Shown here: positions 9,825 through 21,739 of the stretch, in pieces
Numbering within the stretch: the stretch's first letter is position 1
How the letters are laid out: the number at the start of each line of letters is the position of its first letter
From: an uncultured delta proteobacterium
GTDB taxonomy: Bacteria > Myxococcota > Myxococcia > Myxococcales > Anaeromyxobacteraceae
Assembly: GCA_963766715.1 (NCBI GenBank)
Contig: CAVYBH010000002.1
Coordinates: forward strand, 32,001-96,000
Reading direction: 5' to 3'
Length of the DNA stretch: 64,000 nucleotides
Translations under genes and position numbers: made by a program
The notes under the pieces: model-generated
Seen by the model: the letters and a program-made list of their open reading frames with translations, nothing else
What the model was told of the DNA's origin: nothing
The model's database searches: none

Positions 9825-11265
9825 CGCTTCCTCCCGGGGCGCTCTCCGCGCTGCCTTCGCGGGCGCCCGGCGCGCCGCCTTCCGCGCCGCGGGGGCGGCC
9901 GGCCTGGCGGCCAGCTCCTCGTACAGGTAGGCCGCGGCGAGGATGCCCCGCTGGTAGTTCTCGAGGTCGAGCCGCTCGTTGGGGGCGTGGCTGTTCTCGT
10001 CGGGCAGGCCGAAGCCCATCAGGATCACCGGCACGCCCAGCGCCTCCTGGATGGTGGCCGTGAAGGGGATCGAGCCGCCCTCCCGGATGAGGACGGGCTT
10101 GCGGCCGAAGGCGCGCAGGAGCGCCCGCTCGGTGGCCTGGAACTCGGGCGCGTCGGTGGGGCAGAGGAAGGGCGACCCGCCGTGGAGGGCGGTGACCTTC
10201 ACCTTCACCGTCTTCGGCGCGACCTTCTTCACGAAGGCCGTGAACTTCCGCTCCGCCTCCTCCGGCGTCTGGTCGGGGACGAGCCGCATGGAGATCTTGG
10301 CGCCGGCCCGGGCCGGGAGCACGGTCTTCGCGCCCTCGCCCTGGTAGCCGCCCCAGATCCCGTTCACCTCCAGGGTGGGCCGGGCCCAGATGCGCTCGAG
10401 CACGTGGAACCGGGGCTCGCCCCAGGCGCGGGGCGGGTTGCCGGCCCCCTCCAGGAACGACTTCATCGTGAAGGGGAGGCGGCGGACCTCGCGCCGCTCC
10501 CGCTCGGTGAGCTTGCGCACGTTGTCGTAGAAGCCGGGGATCCGGACCTTCCCGTCCTGGTCCTTCAGCTGCGCGACGATGTGGCAGAGCGCGTTGGCCG
10601 GGTTGTCGACCGCGCCGCCGAAGCTGCCCGAGTGCAGGTCGCCCGAGGCGCCCTCCACGTCGACCTGCATGTACATCAGGCCGCGCAGCCCGTAGCAGAT
10701 GGAGGGGATGTCGTGCCCGAACATGGGCGAGTCGGAGACCACCACCGCGTCGGCGGTCAGCCTCGACCGCTCCCGCTGGAGGAAGGGTCCGAGGTTCTCG
10801 CTGCCCACCTCCTCCTCCCCCTCGAAGAGCATCTTCACGTTCACCGGCGGTCCACCGGCCAGGCGCCAGGCCTCGAAGGCCTTCAGGTGGAGCCAGACCT
10901 GTCCCTTGTCGTCCACGGCGCCGCGCGCGTAGAGGTTGCCGTCGCGGACCTCCGGCTCGAAGGGAGGGGAGGTCCACAGCTCGAGCGGCTCGACCGGCTG
11001 GACGTCGTAGTGGCCGTAGACGAGGACGGTGGGCGCTGCCCGGACCGGCCTCGAGCCATTCCCCGAGGACGATGGGGTGGCCCGCGGTCGGGAAGATCGC
11101 GACCTTCATCCCGAGCCGCTCCATCTCGATCCGGAGGTGCTCGGCCGCGAGGAACATGTCGGGCTTGTGCTCGGCCTGGGAGGAGATGGACGGGATGCGC
11201 AGGAACTTCACGAGCTCGTCCACGTAGCGCTGGCGGTTCTCGCCGATGTACCGGGTGATGTCCAT
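9821..11265 (-). CDS. M20-family dipeptidase (frameshifted)
   Basis: FLRIPSIS, YGHYDVQP, ARGAVDDKGQ, EGEEEVGS, DLHSG, GGSIP, HAPNE. Confidence 0.9.
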
Positions 11266-11328
11266 GGGGCGAAAAGCTACTCCGCGGGCCGCCCGCCGGT
11301 GGGAAAAAAAGGAGGGGCGGACCGGCCG

Positions 11329-11928
11329 TCAGGGCGCCAGCAGGCCCAGGCGCAGCAGGTCCTCGGGCGTGTTCACGTTCTCGAAGGAGCGGCCGTCCGG
11401 GTCGACCTCGCGCCATTCGCCGGCCGTCACCACCCGGGCGCCGGCCTCCCGGGCGATGGCCCGGATCGACGGATCGCCCTCGCGGAGCATCCGATCCACC
11501 ATGGGCAGGAGCGCCCGCGACCAGAAGGCGTGGAGCCCCTCGAGCCCGCGATCCCATTCCACGATCGCGGCAGGCGCTGCCCCCCGGCGCGTCGCCAGGA
11601 ACCGGATGCACCCCTCGGACAGGAACGGCATGTCGCAGCCGGCCGCGAAGATCCAGCCGGTGCGCGCGGCTCCGAGGGCGGCGTGCAGGCCGCCCGGGGC
11701 TCCCTTCCCGGGAATCGCGTCGGGGACCACCCGCACGCCCAGGGAGGTCCACGGTGCGGGGTCGTTCGCCACCACCAGCACCTCCCCGAAGAGCTCGCGG
11801 AGGAGCGCCACCGATCGGGCCGCGAGCGTCTCGCCGCCGAGCCGGGACAGGGCCTTCGGGGACCCGCCCATGCGCCGGGCCTGGCCGCCGGCCACCAGGA
11901 CGCCGGTGCAGTCGGGGATCCGCTCCAC
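11329..11928 (-). CDS. mobA: Molybdenum cofactor guanylyltransferase
   Basis: LVAGGQARRMGGSPKAL, GAPGGLHAAL, GCDMPFL, FENVNTPEDL. Confidence 0.88.
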   Translation of the reverse strand: MERIPDCTGVLVAGGQARRMGGSPKALSRLGGETLAARSVALLRELFGEVLVVANDPAPWTSLGVRVVPDAIPGKGAPGGLHAALGAARTGWIFAAGCDMPFLSEGCIRFLATRRGAAPAAIVEWDRGLEGLHAFWSRALLPMVDRMLREGDPSIRAIAREAGARVVTAGEWREVDPDGRSFENVNTPEDLLRLGLLAP

Positions 11929-11998
11929 GCCGGGAGCTTACCTCGCCGTACCCCGGCCGCGGTGGCGAAGGGCCGGTCCCTCTGCTACAAGACCGCGC

Positions 11999-12328
11999 GT
12001 GACTCCCGAGCAGCGCCTCGAGGCCTTCCGGAAATTCGTCGAACGAAGCCCGGACGACCCATTCGCGCGCTACTCGCTGGCCATGGGCCACCGCGGCGCC
12101 GGACAGCTCGAGGAGGCCGTCCTGGTCTTCGAGGAGCTGGCGCGGCGGGTCCCGGGCTACGTCGCCACCTATCTCATGTGGGGCCAGACCCTCGAGGCGC
12201 TCGACCGCGTCTCCGGGGCGGCGAAGGTCTACGAGCAGGGTATCGCCCGGGCGACCGAGGCGAGGAACGAGCACGCAGCATCGGAGCTCGAGCAGGCCCG
12301 TGCGGCGCTGGCGGCGCGGGAAGCGTGA
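11999..12328 (+). CDS. Small TPR protein
   Basis: PDDPFARYSLAM...EEAVLVFEEL...PGYVATYLMWGQTL. Confidence 0.8.
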   Translation: MTPEQRLEAFRKFVERSPDDPFARYSLAMGHRGAGQLEEAVLVFEELARRVPGYVATYLMWGQTLEALDRVSGAAKVYEQGIARATEARNEHAASELEQARAALAAREA

Positions 12329-12355
12329 GCCGGGCAGCCGGCGGGAAGGGATGAC

Positions 12356-13141
12356 ATGAGCGGATTGATGCAGGGGAAGCGGGCCTTCGTCACCGGTGTC
12401 GCGAACGACCGCAGCATCGCCTGGGCGATCGCGGAGCGCTTCCACGCGCAGGGGGCCGAGCTCGCCTTCTCGTACCCGGGCGAGGCCATGGGCAAGCGCA
12501 CCATCCCGCTCGTGAAGACCCTGAACCCGGCCGCCATCCTCGACCTCGACGTCTCGAACGACGCCCAGATCGACGCGGCCGTCCAGGAGGTCGGGAAGGT
12601 CTGGGACTCGGTGGACGTCCTCGTCCACTCGATCGGCTACGCGCCGCGCGAGGCCCTCGACGGGCGCTTCACCGACGTGACCACCCGCGAGGCCTGGCGC
12701 ATCACCATGGACGTGTCGGCCTACTCGCTCATCGCGCTGGCCCGCGCCTTCCGGCCGCTCCTGAAGCCCGGGGCGAGCATCCTGACCCTCAGCTACTACG
12801 GCGCCGAGAAGGTGGTCACGAACTACAACGTGATGGGCGTCGCCAAGGCCGCGCTGGAGGCGTCGGTGCGGTACCTGGCCGAGGACCTCGGCCGCGAGGG
12901 CATCCGCGTGAACGCCATCAGCGCCGGTCCGCTCAAGACGCTCGCCGCGGCGGGCATCAAGGGGATGCGCAGCATGCTCGGCGAGAACGCCTCCCGGACC
13001 CCGCTCCGGCGCAACATCGAGCACGACGAGGTGGGGCAGGCCGCGCTGTTCCTCTGCTCGTCGATGGGCTCCGGCATCACCGGGGAGACGCTCCACGTCG
13101 ACGCCGGCCAGAACATCATGGGCGTGGTGTCGATGGGGTAG
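12356..13141 (+). CDS. fabI: Enoyl-ACP reductase
   Basis: GVANDRSIAWAIA, VHSIGYAP, YNVMGVAKAALE, NAISAGPLKTLAA. Confidence 0.95.
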   Translation: MSGLMQGKRAFVTGVANDRSIAWAIAERFHAQGAELAFSYPGEAMGKRTIPLVKTLNPAAILDLDVSNDAQIDAAVQEVGKVWDSVDVLVHSIGYAPREALDGRFTDVTTREAWRITMDVSAYSLIALARAFRPLLKPGASILTLSYYGAEKVVTNYNVMGVAKAALEASVRYLAEDLGREGIRVNAISAGPLKTLAAAGIKGMRSMLGENASRTPLRRNIEHDEVGQAALFLCSSMGSGITGETLHVDAGQNIMGVVSMG

Positions 13142-13159
13142 GGGCGGGCGCCCCGGGCC

Positions 13160-13812
13160 TCACATGAAGCGGCCGTGCGGGGCGTCGTCGCCCGCGTACG
13201 GATTGGCCTTCCGCTCGGCCCCGAGGGTGCCGCCGGGCCCGTGGCCCGGGAAGAAGCGCACGTCGTCGCCCAGCGGGAAGAGCCGCTCGCGGATGGAGCG
13301 CAGGAGCTCGGGCGCGTTCCCCCCGGGAGGTCGGTCCGTCCCACCGAGCCGGCGAACAGCGTGTCGCCGGTGAAGAGGATCTCGTCGTCCGGGAAGTGGA
13401 AGCTCACCCCGCCCGGGCTGTGACCGGGAGTGTGGATGACCCGTCCCTCGTGGCGCCCGACGCGAACCGCGTCGCCGTCGGCGAGGAAGCTCTCCACCTC
13501 CGGAGAGGCGGTCTTGCCGAAGCCGAGCCCCGCGGCCTGGCCGGGGAGGGCCCGGACGAAGGGCTCGTCGCCTCGGTGGATCTGGAAGGGTGCGCCGGTC
13601 GATTCCCGCAGCGCCTCGACCCCGAAGATGTGGTCGACGTGGCCGTGGGTGGCGAGGATGCGCCCGACCCGGAAGTCCGGGAGCGCGAGCCCGAGCACGC
13701 GGCCGGTCTCGCCGCCCGGGTCGATCACGAGGGCGTCCCCGGTCTCCGAGTCGGCGACGAGCCAGGTGTTCTCGGCGAAGGGGCCGACGACCGCCTGGCG
13801 AACGACCAGCAA
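13160..13812 (-). CDS. MBL-fold metallohydrolase (glyoxalase II-like), frameshift near 13320
   Basis: THGHVDH, HTPGHSPG, FTGDTLFAGSVGRTDLPGG, PGHG. Confidence 0.9.
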
Positions 13813-13814
13813 CG

Positions 13815-14198
13815 CTAGGCCGAGAAGGACGAGCCGCAGCCGCAGGTGTTCTTGGCGTTGGGGTTGATGAACTTGAACCCGGCGCCCTGGAGCCCCTGCA
13901 CGTAGTCGACCGTGACGCCCTGGAGGTACATGGCGCTCATCGGGTCGACGAACAGCCTGAGGCCGTCCTGGTCGAGGACGATGTCGCCGTCCTTGGCGTC
14001 GTTCTCGAAATCCATCGTGTACTGGAAGCCGGAGCAGCCGCCGCCGGCGACGCCGATCCGGATGCCGTGGCCGGCGAGCCCTTCCTGCTCGATGGCGGCG
14101 CGGACCATGTCCACGGCCTTCTGGGTGAAGCTCACCGGGTTGGGCGCCTCGCCGGACGGGCTGGAGGTGGCGGGGGCGGCGGTCGTGGCGGTGTCCAT
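13815..14198 (-). CDS. A-type Fe-S carrier (HesB/IscA/ErpA family)
   Basis: GGGCSGFQY and NPNAKNTCGCGSSF. Confidence 0.93.
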   Translation of the reverse strand: MDTATTAAPATSSPSGEAPNPVSFTQKAVDMVRAAIEQEGLAGHGIRIGVAGGGCSGFQYTMDFENDAKDGDIVLDQDGLRLFVDPMSAMYLQGVTVDYVQGLQGAGFKFINPNAKNTCGCGSSFSA

Positions 14199-14302
14199 GC
14201 TTACTCCTGAAGGGATTTCGGGGCCTCGCGCCCCGCTCGGGTCGGATCCATTCTTAATGGACCGGACAGGTCCAGGCAACGGCGGAATGACCGGCCCTGG
14301 GA

Positions 14303-15007
14303 TCAAGGGGATACGCCAAGGTGCCGGCCGCCGTCCACCGGAACCGTGGCCCCGGTCACGAAGGGCGAATCGGCGAGGAACCGGACCGCGCGGGCCACGT
14401 CCTCCGGCTCTCCCACGCGCCGGAGCGGGATCCGCCGGGACAGGCGGCGACGTGCGCCCGCGGTCAGGCTCTCTGGCCAGAGCACCGTGCCGGGGGCGAC
14501 GCCGTTCACCCGGACCTCCGGGGCCAGCTCCAGCGCCAGCGATTCGGTCACGGCCCGCAGCGCCGCCTTGGAGGCGCCATAGGCCGAGTAGGCGGCCCAG
14601 GGGACGAGCGCCCCGCCCACGTCGACGACGTTCACGACCGACCCTCGCGCGCGCCGCAGGAGCGTCAGGAGCGCGCGGGTGAGGAGCAGGGGCGCTCTCG
14701 CGTTGAGCGCCATCTGCTCGTCGAACAGGTCGGCGTCGGTGTCCTCGAGGTAGCGGCGCTCGAAGAGGGCGGCGTTGTTCACGAGCAGGTCGAGGCGGGC
14801 GAAGCGCTTGCGGAAGGCGCGGGCCAGCGACGCCGGGCCGTCCGGCGAGGCGAGGTCGCCCCGGATGCCGAGCAGGGAGCGGGGCGGGCGGTGGCTGTGG
14901 AAGTGGGCGACCACCTCCCAGCCGTGGCGCGAGAGGTCGAGCGCGATGGCCCGGCCGACGCGGGTGCCGGCCCCGGTGACGAGCGCCACCCTGCGCCGGG
15001 GGGCCAC
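14303..15007 (-). CDS. SDR oxidoreductase, pteridine reductase/FolM-like
   Basis: TGAGTRVG, LVNNA, YGASK, RVNGVAPG, VDGG. Confidence 0.85.
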   Translation of the reverse strand: MAPRRRVALVTGAGTRVGRAIALDLSRHGWEVVAHFHSHRPPRSLLGIRGDLASPDGPASLARAFRKRFARLDLLVNNAALFERRYLEDTDADLFDEQMALNARAPLLLTRALLTLLRRARGSVVNVVDVGGALVPWAAYSAYGASKAALRAVTESLALELAPEVRVNGVAPGTVLWPESLTAGARRRLSRRIPLRRVGEPEDVARAVRFLADSPFVTGATVPVDGGRHLGVSP

Positions 15008-15008
15008 G

Positions 15009-15566
15009 TCACGTCCCCCTGCGCGGCTGCCAGGGCGTCTCGGCGACCCCTGCGCGAAGGTTCGCGACCCGGGCGGCCTCGAAGAGGAAGTCGGAGAGGC
15101 GGTTCAGGTAGACCACCACGCCCGGGTCGATGGCGGCGAGGTGGGACAGGGCCACCGCGCGCCGCTCGGCGCGGCGGCAGGTGGCCCGCGCGACGTGGAT
15201 CGAGGCGGCGAGGCGGCACCCCCCGGGGAGGATGAAGGAGGTGAGGGCGGGAAGCTCCGCGTCCCATTCGTCCATCCGCCGCTCCAGCGCCACGGCCCAG
15301 CCCGCGTCCACCGCCGGGATCGAGTCGTGCGCCTTGCTCTCGTGCGGGGTCGCGAGCTCCGCCCCCACCGAGAAGAGCTCCGACTGGATGCGGGCCAGGT
15401 CGCCCTCGATCTGCGGGTCGGCGGCGAGGGAGCGGGCCACGCCGACGGCCGCGTTCAGCTCGTCGACCGCGCCGTAGGCCTCGACCCGGGCGTCGTCCTT
15501 CGGGACCCGTCCGCCCCCGAAGAGGCTCGTCTCACCCCCGTCGCCGGTCTTCGTGTAGATCTTCAT
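15009..15566 (-). CDS. pduO: ATP:cob(I)alamin adenosyltransferase (PduO type)
   Basis: KIYTKTGDGGET, YGAVDELN, FILPGG, CRRAER, YLNRLSD. Confidence 0.92.
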   Translation of the reverse strand: MKIYTKTGDGGETSLFGGGRVPKDDARVEAYGAVDELNAAVGVARSLAADPQIEGDLARIQSELFSVGAELATPHESKAHDSIPAVDAGWAVALERRMDEWDAELPALTSFILPGGCRLAASIHVARATCRRAERRAVALSHLAAIDPGVVVYLNRLSDFLFEAARVANLRAGVAETPWQPRRGT

Positions 15567-15592
15567 TCACAGCCTTGGTATCAGCGCTCGAC

Positions 15593-16939
15593 ATGCCCCG
15601 CAACGCTCCCTTCAGCCCCGACGAGCTGGCCCGCATCGGGACCGAGGCCGCGCGCCTCGCATGGGCGGACGGGATGACCGTCCGGCGCCCCGACGGGGAG
15701 GTGGTCCCGATCCCCCTCGTGGCCGAGCCGGAGGTCGTGGACCGGGAGCGGCTCGCCTGGCTCGCGGCCGAGTCGAGGGCCATCCTGTCCGGCTCGGTCA
15801 AGCTGGCGCGCGCGCTGCTCGACGGCGGCGATCCCCGGGACGTGGACGCGCTCCTGGGCCCGTTCGAAGGGCTCGAGGCCGAGGCCATGTCCCGCCTGTT
15901 CTCCGAGGCGCCATGCCCGGCGGTGGTCTCGCGGGTCGACTTCCTCCCGCCCGGGGACGGCGGCCTGCCCCGGGCGCTCGAGCTCAACGCCACCATCCCG
16001 GCCATGCCGGCCTACGCCGACCTGGCCGCGCACGCCTGGCTCCGCGCCGCGGCCCGGGCCCGGGGCTTCTCGCCGAGGCAGGAGCGCGACCTGCTCGCCC
16101 GGACCGGCAGCCACATGGAGTCGCTGCGGGAGACCCTGGTCTCCTTCTACCGCTGGCGCGGCGGCTCGCGGGAGCGCCCGTCCATCGCCATCGTGGCCCG
16201 TCCCGGAGACGCGCAGATCGGGGAGCTGGGGCGCCTGGCCGCCCACTTCCGGCAGATGGGGCACGAGGTGGACGTGCTCGTTCCGGACGATGCCGACCCC
16301 GATCGCCACGACCTGCTCTACCGGCACGTCTGGGCGCACCGGACGCCGCCCGCATCCCCCTTCGCGCGGGCGCTCCGCGAGCCGTCGCGCTGGCCGCTCG
16401 CGAACCCCGTGAACGGGATGCTCGAGGCGAAGGCCCTCTTCGCGCGCCTCTCGCAGGCCGCCGAGGACCGCTCCCTCTCGGATGCGGCGGCGCTCGACGA
16501 GGCCGAGCTCGCCGCCGCGCGGCGCCTGCCCTGGACCCGCATGCACTCGGAGTCCCTGGTGCCCCGGCTGCTCGCCGAGCGGGAGCGATTCGTGCTGAAG
16601 CGCAGCTGGGACTACGGCGGGAAGAGCGTCCACCTGGGCGCGGAGACCGAGCCGGCCGCCTGGGAGCGGGTGGTGCGGGAGGCCGCCGCCGACCGCCGCG
16701 GCGGGGGCTTCGTGGCGCAGGAGCGGGTCTTCGCGGCGCGCCGTCCGGCCACCCGGATCACCCCGTCCGGGCCGGAGCCGGGCTCGCTGTACCGCGACGT
16801 CTCCACGTACGGCGGCCTCCTTCCCGTGCATCCCTCGGGAAGCGTGGTGCGCGCGGCGGCGTCGCCCATCGTCAACATCCTGGGCGGAGGCGGGCTCGCG
16901 CCGGTGGTCCCGTCCGACGTGTGGGAGTCCCTCGCGTGA
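15593..16939 (+). CDS. Circularly permuted ATP-grasp / glutathionylspermidine-synthase-like ligase
   Basis: SRVDF...LELNA, FVLKRSWDYGGKSVHLG, FVAQE, IVNILGGGG. Confidence 0.65.
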   Translation: MPRNAPFSPDELARIGTEAARLAWADGMTVRRPDGEVVPIPLVAEPEVVDRERLAWLAAESRAILSGSVKLARALLDGGDPRDVDALLGPFEGLEAEAMSRLFSEAPCPAVVSRVDFLPPGDGGLPRALELNATIPAMPAYADLAAHAWLRAAARARGFSPRQERDLLARTGSHMESLRETLVSFYRWRGGSRERPSIAIVARPGDAQIGELGRLAAHFRQMGHEVDVLVPDDADPDRHDLLYRHVWAHRTPPASPFARALREPSRWPLANPVNGMLEAKALFARLSQAAEDRSLSDAAALDEAELAAARRLPWTRMHSESLVPRLLAERERFVLKRSWDYGGKSVHLGAETEPAAWERVVREAAADRRGGGFVAQERVFAARRPATRITPSGPEPGSLYRDVSTYGGLLPVHPSGSVVRAAASPIVNILGGGGLAPVVPSDVWESLA

Positions 16940-17331
16940 CCGAGCTCGAGCAGGTCCTGCGCAAGGAGTTCTCCCGCGCCGCCCGCTACCGCGAGCCGCT
17001 CGCGGTCCTGCTGCTCGACCTCCAGCCGACCGGCGAGCTCCTCGGCGCCATCCGGGACGGCGTCCGGCTCTGCGACTGCGTGGTCCCGGACGGGCCGGGC
17101 CGGCTCGCCGTCATCCTGCCGGAGACCCCGCTCGCGGGGGCGATCCAGGTCGCTACCCGTCTCGGGGGGGTCCTCGCGCCTCCCGGTGGCCCCGACCCCA
17201 GCGCGGGGATGGCCATCGGAGTCGGGGTCTTCCCCTCCGCGCTCGCAACCGACGCCGCAGCGCTGCTTCGCTGCGCGGAGGCCGCGCTCGCGCAGGCCAG
17301 GTCGCGCGGCGGCGGCGTGGCCGTTCGGTAG
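16936..17331 (+). CDS. Stand-alone degenerate GGDEF-like domain protein
   Basis: EFSRAARYREPLAVLLLDL...VILPET...IGVGVFP...LLRCAEAALAQAR; GGDEF position reads GPGRL; GTGA overlap with upstream gene. Confidence 0.7.
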   Translation: MTELEQVLRKEFSRAARYREPLAVLLLDLQPTGELLGAIRDGVRLCDCVVPDGPGRLAVILPETPLAGAIQVATRLGGVLAPPGGPDPSAGMAIGVGVFPSALATDAAALLRCAEAALAQARSRGGGVAVR

Positions 17332-17496
17332 CCCGACACGCCCCACGAGGGACGCTCCTGAGTCGGCGCCCCCGGCGCGACTCGGACCCGGGTATAAGTA
17401 TGACCCAGGGGTATCTGGGTTCAATACCCTGGAATCTCGCTACCCACGGGTGCCTGCGACCTGGACCGGGTCGTGCAGACACCGACAGGCGCGGCC

Positions 17497-19027
17497 ATGG
17501 AAAACGTCACGGACATCCGGCATCCGACCGTCGCCCTCTCCCGGGAGGCGGCCGTCCTGGTCGTGGACGACGACGAGCACGTGCGCCGTTCGCTGCGCCG
17601 CGTGCTGCGCCGGACCGCCTGCCGGGTGCTGGAGGCGCCCGAGGCCGCCACGGCGCTCCGAGATCCTGGCGCGCGAGCCGGTGCACGTCGTGGTCTCCGA
17701 CTACCGCATGCCCGGCATGGACGGGGTGGAGTTCCTCCGCATCGTGAAGGAGCGCTACCCGGCCACCCAGCGGGTGCTCCTCACCGGCCAGGCCGACACC
17801 TCCGCCATCGAGGAGGCGGTCAACCGCTCCGAGATCTTCCGCTTCATCTGGAAGCCGTGGGACGAGAGCCACCTCCTCCTCACGGTCCAGGACGCCATCG
17901 ATCAGTTCTGGATGACCGAGGAGAACCAGCGGCTCCAGAACCTCGTCGCCGCACGGCAGGCCGAGCTGGAGCGGCTCAACCGGGAGCTCGACGCCAAGCT
18001 CGAGGCGCGCACGGAGGCGCTCCGGCAGGCCGCCCAGGAGTGGCGCACCTGCTTCGACGCCATCGGCGACCCGCTCGCCATCATCCGCGACGGCTGCGAG
18101 GTGGTGCGCGCCAACGCGTCGTTCGCCCGCCGCGCCGGGGTCGGACTGGGCGCGCTTCCCGGCCTGCGCTGCAGGGATCACGCGTTCGGCGACCTGCCCT
18201 GCCCGCGCCAGCACCTGGCCGAGTCGCCGGAGCGCGTCATCACGTTCCGCAACCGGGCCTGGCTGATGCGGGCCTTCCCGTTCGGGGGCGACGCGCTCGT
18301 CGTCGTCTACAAGGACGTCACCCAGGAGCGCGAGGTCACCCGCCGCCTCTTCCAGGCCGAGAAGATGTCCGCGCTCGGCCAGCTGGCCGGGGGCGTGGCC
18401 CACGAGATCAACAACCCGCTCGGCGGCATCCTGGCCTTCGCGCAGATCATGAGCCAGGACGAGCGCTCCGCCGACGACAAGGAGAGCCTGCGCCTCATCA
18501 GCGACGCGGCCATGCGCGCCAAGCGCATCGTCGAGTCGCTCCTGCGCTTCTCCCGCATCCCCAAGGAGCACGAGCGGGGGAGCGTGGACCTGGCCCGGGT
18601 GGCCGAGGACGCGCTGCTCATCCTCCAGGCCAACCTGCGCGACGGGAAGCTCACCGTGGTCCGGGAGCTCGAGCCGGTGCGCACCGTCGGCAACGCGAAC
18701 CAGCTCCAGCAGGTGGTGGTCAACCTGGTCGTGAACGCCTCGCAGGCCGTGGGCGCCAAGGGGCGGATCGTGGTGCACACCGGGCCGGGCGCGCCGGGTC
18801 GCGCCCTCGTCACGGTCACCGACGACGGTCCGGGCGTCCCGCCCGACCTGGTGGAGCGGATCTTCGAGCCCTTCTTCACCACCAAGCCGGAGGGGCAGGG
18901 CACCGGCCTCGGCCTCTCCATCTGTTACCGGATCGCCGAGGAGCACGGCGGCTCGGTCCGCCTCGAGAACCTCAAGGAGGGCGGCGCGCGGTTCGTCGTC
19001 GACCTTCCCTCGGAGTCCGCGTCATGA
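17497..19027 (+). CDS. Hybrid sensor kinase REC-PAS-HisKA-HATPase (frameshift near 17660)
   Basis: VLVVDDD, VVSDYRMPGMDG, AHEINNPL, DDGPG, FEPFFTTK, GTGLGL. Confidence 0.92.
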
Positions 19028-19041
19028 CGCAAGGAGAAGCC

Positions 19042-20514
<1,473 letters not shown>

Positions 20515-20517
20515 CCG

Positions 20518-21166
20518 CTAGGCGCGCCGCGCCCAGGGCAGCAGGAAGTCCCGCGTGAGCGCGACGATGCGCTCGAGCGAGCCGGTCAGCTCGTGGCCGT
20601 CGTCGACCACCTCGAGCCGGGCCCCCGGCGTGCGCGCCACCCAGGCCTCCACGTCCTCCAGCGGGACGGTGTCGTCGCGCCGGCCGGCGATGCAGAGCGC
20701 GGGGATGCCCACCTCCGGGAAGGGGGGCCAGCGCGCCGCATCCTCGAAGAACGGCCAGCCAATCCGGCGGGGTCGGTTCGAGGCGTGGTGGTGGACCTCC
20801 ACGCTGCCCTCCCGGCGCCATCGTTCCAGGTCGGCGGGGCCGAGCCGCGATCTCCACCTCTCGTGAAGGCGGAACGCCGGGGCGAGCAGGACCAGCCGCT
20901 CGACCGACGGGATGGCGCGAGGCCGCCAGCGCGGCGAGCCAGCCGCCCAGCGAGCTGCCGACGATGGCGTGCGGCCCGGGGCCCGCGGCGAGGAGGGCCT
21001 CGGCCTCGGCCAGCATCGAGGAGGGCGTGCTGCGCTCGAACCCGTCCGGGCCCGGCGTCAGGTCGGCCCGGACCACGTCGAGGCCGTCCGAGGCGAGCCC
21101 CTCGGCGACCGCGCGCGCCTTGGTCGATCCGGGTCCCGAGGCGAAACCGTGCAGGTACAGGATCAC
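20518..21166 (-). CDS. YqiA/YcfP-family alpha/beta hydrolase (frameshifted)
   Basis: YLHGFASGPGS, GSSLGG nucleophile elbow, DDTVP, DGHEL. Confidence 0.85.
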
Positions 21167-21274
21167 GAGGTCTCCTTCGCGTTGCCGCAGGGCGTCATAC
21201 CCATAAGGGGAGGGTGGGAGAGGAGTGCGCTCGCGGCGACGGCGGGATATGGCGCCCATTCACCGGAGGTGGCA

Positions 21275-21739
21275 ATGGACCTGAAGGCCAACACGCAGAC
21301 TCCCCTCTCCCAGGTGCTCGCCAGCAAGGGCCGGGGCTCGTCGACGCTCAGCACCTCCCCCGACGTCACCGTGGCCGCGGCCGCCGACCTGCTGGTCCGC
21401 AACAAGGTGGGCTCGGTGCTGGTGATGGACCAGGGCCGGCTGGTGGGGATATTCACCGAGCGTGATGTGCTGCGGCTGGTGGCGGAGCGCCGGGACCCCG
21501 CGTCCACGAAGATCGCCGACGTGATGACCCGGGACCTGGTGGTGATGCGCCCGTCCGCGTCGGTGGTCGACGCCATGCGGGTCATCTCGGAGAAGCGCAT
21601 CCGGCACATCCCGATCGTGGAGGGGGGCGCGGTGCTGGGGGTGGTCTCGCAGGGCGACCTGAACCACTGGCTGGTTCGCAACCGCGAGGGGCAGATCCAG
21701 GACCTCGTGGACTTCGTGACCGGGAAGTACCCCGCATAG
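21275..21739 (+). CDS. CBS-domain protein
   Basis: GGAGG RBS; GIFTERD, VMTRD, RIRHIPIV, GVVSQGD. Confidence 0.9.
   Translation: MDLKANTQTPLSQVLASKGRGSSTLSTSPDVTVAAAADLLVRNKVGSVLVMDQGRLVGIFTERDVLRLVAERRDPASTKIADVMTRDLVVMRPSASVVDAMRVISEKRIRHIPIVEGGAVLGVVSQGDLNHWLVRNREGQIQDLVDFVTGKYPA

Noticed and set aside
9132..10916. Apparent M20 dipeptidase-DsbA fusion (594 aa ORF)
   Set aside because: DsbA has its own GGAGG RBS, ATG and lipoprotein signal, and an ATGA overlap would stop the peptidase if one indel is corrected
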